From Alphaproteobacteria bacterium (GTDB taxonomy: Bacteria > Pseudomonadota > Alphaproteobacteria > MPNO01): 64,000 nucleotides of DNA. The notes below the pieces were generated by a model that made no database searches, had not been told where the DNA came from, and saw only the letters and a list, made by a program, of their open reading frames with translations. The translations under genes and the position numbers were made by a program. The stretch lies in NCBI GenBank assembly GCA_964291675.2, contig OZ219865.1, positions 1,087,547 through 1,151,546 on the forward strand. Direction: 5' to 3'. This document shows positions 58,101-64,000 of this stretch, piece after piece. Position 1 is the stretch's first letter, and the number at the start of each line of letters is the position of its first letter.

Positions 58101-60264
58101 CGGCGCGGCCCACGCCAACGCCGCTGCGAACGACAACGCCCTGGTCCGGATCGCGGCCGAGATCAGGCATGCGGTCGCGGGCTGGCGCCACGGCGCTGCC
58201 GTCGACGCATTTGCGGCCGAGCGCGGCCAAGTGCTGGCGGCGTGGGACCATCTGCGCCAGCGGACCCGCACCGACGGCGACACGGTGGCGCTGAGCGACA
58301 CCTTCCGCGAGACACTGGACCGGCACGGGGCGCTGATGAGGCAGGCCGCATCGTTCCGCGCCCGCCCGCAGGTCTTCGAGCGCCTGCTGTCCGAGCGCGC
58401 CGGCATCGGCGCCAACGACCTCGACGACTTCGAGCAGTTGCACGAGCGCGCCAGCCGCCACCGCCGAGCCGCGAGGATGCGGCAGGTGCATCGGGAGAGG
58501 CGGCAGGACGAACGCCAGAATATCGCGCAGGAGCCGCATCAGGGCGAGCTGAGGCTGGTTGGCGGACGCGGCGCGGCGCCGCCCAGGCCGGTCCCGGACC
58601 CCCCCAGGCCCGACTGGCGCACGCTCCACGACGAGCTGACGCGGGACTGGAACGATCTCGCCGCGCAGGCCAGGCGGCAAAACCTGCCCATGACCCTCAT
58701 GCAGGGCTGTGACGGGCTGATCGGCCGGCTGCGCTCGCTCTCCGGCCATCCCGGTCTATCGGAGTCCGCACGCGGCATGCTCGACGAGCTCCTCGACTAC
58801 CACCATGGAGAGACCGCGGCCCGCGAGACCGCGCAAGGCTGGCTGGCGGACGCCGAGCGCCATGTCGAGGCCTGGATGGCCCTCGCGCAACGGGCCGACG
58901 ACCTGGCCGTTCCCGCCGCCCATATGGAGGACTATCTCCGCTGGCGCGAGGCGGCCCGGACGCTGGCCGGGACCGGCGAGACGGTCCTCGGCAACGAGGA
59001 GAGGTACGGCGCGTATCTCGACGCGCTGGCGGCCGGCAAGCCCCGCGCCAGGCTGGTCGTGGACCAGCTGCGCCGCCGGATGAAACAACCGCGCAACAGC
59101 CTGGGCGAGTGGCTGTTCGCCGCGAGGCGCCATATGGAGGCGCGCGATACTCTCAAGGATGCTGCCCGACAACGTCGCATCTACCTCACCGCGACGAAGG
59201 GCTACGCGGACTGGCGGGCGGAGGCGGAGCGCCTCATCGCGGAGGGCGGGGACATCCTCTCCGGGAGGCAGGCCGGCCGCCGCCTGGCCGACGATGCCGG
59301 CCCCGGCGAGCGGCGCATGGCCGCGGCGCGATCGGCGTTTCGCGGCGCGCTCCGGGAGGACGACGAAGAGATCGCCGCACGGAAGGCCCGCGCCAGACGC
59401 GAACGGGCGACGGAGTGGTCGCGCCTCAGGTTCGCGGACGACCTCGGCGGCACGCCGTCGCAGGCGAGGACGCGGGCCGCCACGACGGACGAGGTGCCCG
59501 AATGGGCGCAGCCCTCGCGGCCGCACGGGGCCTTCGGCCGGGACGGGCAGGAGACGTTCGAACGTTCCGGCCTGGCGTCGCTGGAGCGCTGGCAGAAGCT
59601 GAAGCGGGACTGGAACCGGAAACTGGAGCGCGCCGGGAGGCTGGGCCTGCACGTCATCGACACGAAGGGCTTCGAGCTCTATCACCAACGCTTGGGGTCG
59701 ATGGCCGGGGACGCGTATCTGGAGACCCGCATCCGCGAGAAGATCGGGGATGTGCTGCGCGTGCTGGAGGAGGCGCAGGAGAGGCGCAAGCACGTGGAGG
59801 GAACGCGCGACCGCCTGCTGGAGCTGCTGGAGCGCCGCAGCGGGGAGCAGGACCTCGACGGCTCCCGGGGCAGGCGGGCCGCTCCGGACCGCCCGAACTA
59901 CGAGGCGTGGCGCAGGGGCGCCGACGAGGCGGTCTCCGCCGCCGAGGACATCCTGGCGGCCCCGAAGGCCTACACCACGCACCTCGATGGGACGAAGCGC
60001 TCGGGCGGTGCAGGGCTGGCCACCGCGCTCTCGCGCGTGCGCGAGGTTCTGCGCGAGGACGACCGGCACGTGGTGGAGGCCCTGGCGGGGCAGCACAGGG
60101 GCGGGGACACTCGTGCCGGGGACGCGGCAGCACGCGAAGAAGGAATCGCTCACATTCTCGACGATCCCGAGAAGATGCGCGAGCTGCGCCGGCAGTACGA
60201 GGAGCGCAAGCGCTGCGAGAGCGAGCGCAAGGGCCGCTACCAAAGCCGCGGCAGAAGCATGTAA
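55147..60264 (+). CDS. MobF (TrwC/TraI-type) relaxase-helicase
   Basis: AEYY...NEYY, DLTFS..KSVS, H.TSRENDPQLHVH, GAAGSGKTT, VDEAGM, YGYAMTIASAQGLT. Confidence 0.95.
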   Translation: MVATIGQMASAEYYLESQRSFRHPNEYYTAGEEPDGVWFNPRGLLGLEDGATVDSGHFHRLYSGFSPDGSAKLVQRAGNPDRSPGVDLTFSVDKSVSSLWAVAEPEMRERIEAMAVASARAAIEDTVFRYCAYTRVSANGVTRPAEADLMGATFVHGTSRENDPQLHVHCTIFNLARTREDGRWRAHHQYPVYSWKKAAGALFRAYMAWDLQENLGVRMDQYGPNAEFTRIEGMPEDLQSFWSKRRKAIVAKAGELGIPSLGNASRMAGVNKLTRAGKSHDNDPEVRHRRWKEEAEPFAEREELIRSVTGHEVRIGQEAIRELTDRLDDLPAHLAREEAVFRRPDMVEAAANAAAGLMGREAVGTAIERLRRNPEIEQLEPKKPTAESRAGMAHTEVYSTRHNLRLEQAVKDMAEAMAADTGHGLPEEAVKEKVARLLDQGYPLSQEQSLAIRHATARGGRVAVIEGAAGSGKTTTLRPITDLHREHGYEIVPTAVAWRTAVALGDDCDARAYCVDKLLKLAAKGQIEIGDRTLIVVDEAGMLSTRQAHHILQLSERHGAKVVFAGDTRQQQPVEAGPGLRLIRDVAGSVRVDRIRRQKADLEDVLVHVHKETPEQARFRAGLTSPQERDAILADYEAMERKPVFDPWQVTVSEALRDGEAGKAIEAWSLRNRLHLCHDEEKTIARLVDDWARHVKAEPDTSAIVLARTRAETRALSWLMRQRVLGRTPDANRAVIEVSREVDGRKTEPLEIAVGERLRIGATQWEKQLFNGTVVTVERIEMHPEVRRGGDTAVSDTAVSDTAVSRKARNRQAGGAAGREADTEARDREPGADEPSVLITARTDDGRRVSFRHDEIRDFHGNVRLDYGYAMTIASAQGLTVDRAFLLVDDRPARETIYPAATRHREGIDVYVNRSPLAFDIAERRPEDQADMPVTDSDIRGYLAERWSRSEPKEAALDYVAGGAWRDPREAVRNGRARPDGMRQAGAAHANAAANDNALVRIAAEIRHAVAGWRHGAAVDAFAAERGQVLAAWDHLRQRTRTDGDTVALSDTFRETLDRHGALMRQAASFRARPQVFERLLSERAGIGANDLDDFEQLHERASRHRRAARMRQVHRERRQDERQNIAQEPHQGELRLVGGRGAAPPRPVPDPPRPDWRTLHDELTRDWNDLAAQARRQNLPMTLMQGCDGLIGRLRSLSGHPGLSESARGMLDELLDYHHGETAARETAQGWLADAERHVEAWMALAQRADDLAVPAAHMEDYLRWREAARTLAGTGETVLGNEERYGAYLDALAAGKPRARLVVDQLRRRMKQPRNSLGEWLFAARRHMEARDTLKDAARQRRIYLTATKGYADWRAEAERLIAEGGDILSGRQAGRRLADDAGPGERRMAAARSAFRGALREDDEEIAARKARARRERATEWSRLRFADDLGGTPSQARTRAATTDEVPEWAQPSRPHGAFGRDGQETFERSGLASLERWQKLKRDWNRKLERAGRLGLHVIDTKGFELYHQRLGSMAGDAYLETRIREKIGDVLRVLEEAQERRKHVEGTRDRLLELLERRSGEQDLDGSRGRRAAPDRPNYEAWRRGADEAVSAAEDILAAPKAYTTHLDGTKRSGGAGLATALSRVREVLREDDRHVVEALAGQHRGGDTRAGDAAAREEGIAHILDDPEKMRELRRQYEERKRCESERKGRYQSRGRSM
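57517..57561. repeat. 3 x 15-bp in-frame tandem repeat (DTAVS) in relaxase
   Basis: GACACCGCGGTGTCG-type units; first unit core is a perfect palindrome. Confidence 0.85.
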
Positions 60265-60404
60265 TCGAGCGCCGCAGGGCCAGGTTCCTGTACTCCGTTC
60301 GGCTGCCCGGTCCGTGGGCCGGGCCGGGCAGCCCGGCCCCGTCAGCGCCGGGGCGTCCGTCCGGAATGGCGATGCCAGTCCGTCTTCGGCGAGCGGCAGG
60401 GGCG

Positions 60405-60680
60405 ATGAACAAGGCCGAACTCACCGCGCACGTCGCCGCCGAGACGTCGGTGACGCGGGCGACCGCAGACAGCCTGGTCGGCGCCGTCTTCTCCGCCATC
60501 GCCGACGCGCTTGCACGCGGCGAGACCGTGGCCATCGCGGGGTTCGGGAAGTTCGAGCTCCGCAGCCGCCCCGCGCGCCAGGGCCGCACCCCCCGCACCG
60601 GCGCGCCCGTCGCCATCGCGGCATCACGCGCTCCATCGTTCAAGCCGGCGAAGGCGCTCCGCGACGCCGTCAACGAATAG
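60405..60680 (+). CDS. HU family DNA-binding protein
   Basis: MNKAEL, GFGKFE, R.GRTPRTG, PSFKPAKALRDAVN. Confidence 0.92.
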   Translation: MNKAELTAHVAAETSVTRATADSLVGAVFSAIADALARGETVAIAGFGKFELRSRPARQGRTPRTGAPVAIAASRAPSFKPAKALRDAVNE

Positions 60681-60884
60681 CGGGGCGGAGCCGGCCCGGT
60701 GCCCGCCCTTCGTCCCCACGGCCTCGCCCCGGCCGGACGAACCGGCCTCGGGTCACGTTCGCCGAGCCCCGGGACGTTTGTCGCAGACATGTGCAGTCGC
60801 GAAAGCGCCGAATTCGTCACACATGCGCAGATCAGCGGCGAACATCGGTTCCCTCGCGCGCGGGACTCCTCTTGAGTAACATTT

Positions 60885-60959
60885 GCCTATGCGCGCGACG
60901 ACCTGCTTGAGAAGCGCCGCCCGGTGATGCAGGCGTGGGCCGACTGCATCTCGGGGTAG
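60885..60959 (+). pseudogene. C-terminal scrap of a P4-type integrase
   Basis: AYARDDLLEKRRPVMQAWAD. Confidence 0.7.
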
Positions 60960-60994
60960 AGGCGGACTCCGGACTGGACATGGGTCGCTGATCT

Positions 60995-61291
60995 GCTCGT
61001 GCGGCGCTCCTCGCGGTGCGCGCGCGCGTTGGCGATGGCGATGACGGCTTGCGCTGCGAGCAGCACCAGCACCTCCTCGTCCTCGTCGGTGAATTCCCCG
61101 CCGCACGCCTTCTCGCCGAGGAAGAAGTGCCCGACGTCGAGGCCTCGGTGGCGCATCGGCGTGCCCTGGAAGGTGCGGCAGGCGATGAGCCCCGGCGCAA
61201 GCCCGAGGGTGCGCACGTACTCGCCGAGGTCCGGCAGGCGAAGCGGCCCGTCGAGGGCGCGAAGGTGCGCGAACAGGCGCATCCCGTCGGG
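60995..61291 (-). pseudogene. GAF-domain fragment of a sensor protein
   Basis: FQGTPMRHRG..VGHFFLGEK..GEFTDEDEEVLVLLAAQA..AIANAR; truncated on both sides. Confidence 0.7.
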
Positions 61292-61294
61292 TCA

Positions 61295-62324
61295 GGCCGC
61301 CACGGGAGCGGCGAGGTGACGGTGACGCCGGAGGCGTCAGCGGACGGGAACGGGACCGGCATGACGGCGGACTTGACGCTCTCGATGGGGGCTGCCGGGG
61401 TGCGCACCGACGTGCTGCGCCCGGAGGGCAAGCACGGGCCGACCCTGGCGCTCAAGGGCGATGCGCGCTTCACCCGAACGTCCTCGGACGCGGCGCGCAG
61501 CGACGCGGGAAACCTCGCGGCCGCGGATGCGGACGTGTGGCTGGTGCGACGGCGGCGACGCTCGGAGACGGCGCCTCACCCCGTCGCGCTCGACTCGACG
61601 GCGGCGACGCGGAGACGGCGGCGGTCGGTCTCGCATTTGCGGATGCGGCGAACGGCCTGGCGCTCGACTGCGCACGGGGCTCGAGGGCGCGCAGCCGGTC
61701 GCGCTCGGCGAGGACGGCGCGACGCTCACCCCGTCGTTCGAGCTCGGGGTGCGCCTCGACGGCGGCGACGCGGAGACGGGCCTCGGCGCCGACTTCGGCG
61801 GCGGTCTCGCATTTGCGGATGCGGCGAACGGCCTGGCGCTCGACTTCGAGGCACGGGGCCTGGTGGCGCACGAGGCGCCGGGCTTCCGGGAGTGGGGGGC
61901 GAGCCTGTCGGGGTCCTGGGACCCGAGTCCCGCGACCGAGCGGGGGCTCTCGCTCACGCTCAGGCAGAGCTGGGGCGCGGCGCCCTCGGGCGGCATGGAC
62001 GCGCTGCTCTCGCGCGAGACGCTGGCGGGGCTTGCCCCTGCCGACGACGAGGACGACGGTGGCCGGTTCCGTGCGTCGCGCCGGCTCGAGGGCGAGCTCG
62101 GCTACGGGTGGCCGGTGTTCGGCGGCGCCTTCACCGGCACGCCGAACCTCGGCTTCGGGCTCTCCGAGCATGCCCGCGACTGGCGCATCGGGTGGCGGCT
62201 CACGCCGGCGGGCGCGGGCGCCGGGGGCTTCGAGGCGAGCCTCGACGCGACGCGCAGCGAGCCTGCGAATGACGACGGGCTGCCCGAGCACGGGGTGATG
62301 CTGCGCGGGGCGGTGAGGTGGTAG
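61295..62324 (+). pseudogene. Autotransporter-like beta-barrel fragment with frameshifting insertion
   Basis: Paralog of 62888-64000; lacks a 5' end; 124-bp insertion at 61549-61672. Confidence 0.8.
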
Positions 62325-62887
62325 GGGCGGACGATGGCGCCTCGTGTGCCGGGCGCTGCCCGCCCCGCCCCCGGCGGGCGCCGCCGCCCGCATGCGGGTG
62401 ACCTTCCAGAGCACCTCTTATGGGTTCACTTGGTGAAGGGGGTTCGTTCGGTGCATTCGGCATTTCGGGGCTCGCTCTCGGTCTGGCCGCCTGCGCATCG
62501 GCCTCCACGGTCGGGCAGAACGTCATTTCACAGCGTGCATGGTCGTCATGCCGCTCCACTCTTATCCGGTTCGGAACTCCGGCGAATGCCGGCTCCGCGA
62601 CCCCAATACCACTTCCAGTGTGGTCATGACGTTCCGGGAGGCGGGACCCATCTTGCGGGCCGGTACCGCTCGGTGAACCCAGGTGCTCTCCGGTCACGCG
62701 CCCTACCCGGTCCCCTCCGCGGCCCGGACGCCGTGACGCTCCCGGGCACGCCACCGCACCGGCAAGCCACCGCACCGGGCGTCGCACGCAGCAGCGCCTT
62801 GCGGACCCCGAGGGCGGGGCCCGGCAGCGGGCCGAGACGGCGCAACGCCCGAGCCTCCCCTTCAGGGTCTTTCCCGGCCCCCGCGCC

Positions 62888-64000
62888 TCACCACCTGAGC
62901 GCCCCGCGCAGCATCACCCCGTTCTCGGGCAGCCCGTCGTCATTCGCAGGCTCGCTGCGCGTCGCGTCGACGCTCATCTCGAAGCCTGCGGCGCCCGCGC
63001 CCGCCGGCGCGAGCCGCCACCCGATGCGCCAGTCGCGGGCGGTCTCGGAGAGCCCCAGGCCGACGTTCGGCGTGCCGGTGAAGGGGCCGCCGAACATCGC
63101 GATGCCGTAGCCCACTTCGCCCTCCAGCCGGCTCGACGCCTGGAAGCGGCCCGATCCGTTGTCATTCGCCGCGAGGTCCGCCAGCGTCTCGCGCGAGAGC
63201 AGCGCGTCCATGCCGCCCGCGGGCGAGGCGCCCCAGGACTGGGTCAGCGACACGCTGAGGCCCCGGTCGGTCTCCGGACTCGGGTTCCAGGACCCCGCCA
63301 GGCTCGCCCCCCACTCGCGGAAGCCGTCGGCCTCGTGCGCGACAAGCGCCCGTGCGCGGCTCTCGAAGACCAGCCCGTTCGCCGGGTCGGCGAAGGCGAG
63401 GCCGCCGCCGAGGTCCGCGCCCATGCCGGTCTCCGCGTCGCCGCCGTCGAGGCGGAGGGCGATCTCGAACGACGGCGTGAGGGTGGCGCCGCTCTCGCCC
63501 AGCGTGACCGGCCGCGAGCCCTCCAGCCCCGTGCGCACCAGCCAGACGTCGGCCTCCGACGCCGCCAAGTTGCCGCCCTCGCCCCGCACCGCGTCCGAGG
63601 ACGTCCGCGTGAAGCGCGCATCGCCCTTGACCGCCAGGGCGAGGCCCTCGCCGCCCTCAGGAACCAGCACGTCGCTGCGCACCCCGGCCGCGCCCATCGC
63701 CATCGAGAGGTCCGCCGTCAGCCCGCCCTTGCCCTCGGGCGTCACCGTGACCTCGCCCGAACCGTGACCCGCCGCCGCCCATACGGACAGCCGCTCGGTC
63801 AGGTCCATGCCCGCATAGGGGTAGAGGCCGGTCAGGACCGCGTCGATGGCGCCGCCGCAGTTGGGCTCGCACGCCCCGCCCCGGCGCCAGCCGCCCGCGC
63901 CGGTCGAATGGCCGAGCGCAAGACCCGCAGTCCAGCGCTCCGACGCCCAGTCGGCGCCGACGAGGCCCGTGGTCACCTCGCCGTCGAGGGAGAGGGCACC
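62888..64000 (-). CDS. Autotransporter-like beta-barrel C-terminus (5' beyond window)
   Basis: Alternating amphipathic strands, LRLDGGDAETG.G, C-terminal Trp; frame open to the window edge. Confidence 0.8.
   Translation of the reverse strand, partial: GALSLDGEVTTGLVGADWASERWTAGLALGHSTGAGGWRRGGACEPNCGGAIDAVLTGLYPYAGMDLTERLSVWAAAGHGSGEVTVTPEGKGGLTADLSMAMGAAGVRSDVLVPEGGEGLALAVKGDARFTRTSSDAVRGEGGNLAASEADVWLVRTGLEGSRPVTLGESGATLTPSFEIALRLDGGDAETGMGADLGGGLAFADPANGLVFESRARALVAHEADGFREWGASLAGSWNPSPETDRGLSVSLTQSWGASPAGGMDALLSRETLADLAANDNGSGRFQASSRLEGEVGYGIAMFGGPFTGTPNVGLGLSETARDWRIGWRLAPAGAGAAGFEMSVDATRSEPANDDGLPENGVMLRGALRW

Larger units (their letters stand above)
40700..64000. mobile_element. Decaying mobilizable genomic island (boundaries approximate)
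   Basis: Visible GC drop after cinA; integrase remnants, ssb, primase-like fragment, MobF relaxase, HU; no att pair found. Confidence 0.65.

Noticed and set aside
55042-58749. 1235-aa antisense ORF and many other long overlapping ORFs (e.g. 4193-6889, 26751-29345, 47184-49208)
   Set aside because: Shadow frames of real genes in high-GC DNA, with no recognisable motifs.

Overview
High-GC alphaproteobacterial chromosome segment. Repeated tyrosine integrases, an ankyrin protein and autotransporter-like barrels suggest a host-associated (possibly sponge-symbiont) Rhodospirillales-like organism; this is inference only. Bases 1-40.7k are mostly core or metabolic: msbA-waaA-lpxK, xseA, purD, an aromatic-catabolism cluster, a TPP/LVIVD/CobW/deacetylase cluster, mgtE-tRNA-Leu-lipB, PucG/carbamate kinase/FdrA-YlbE-YlbF-like genes, a porin, an intact tandem integrase pair, a second tRNA-Leu, TA modules and two REP families. 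From about 40.7k onward lies a decaying mobilizable island: integrase remnants, lower-GC cargo, ssb, a SLOG/DUF2493 protein, a 1705-aa MobF relaxase, HU and inverted autotransporter-like copies. The best finding is a 3.37-kb four-gene large-serine-recombinase element inserted at a CG dinucleotide inside a multi-zinc-finger gene. Joining its ends gives a symmetric attP-like site, and removing it restores the target reading frame. All calls come from reading the sequence and recalled motifs; no searches were run.
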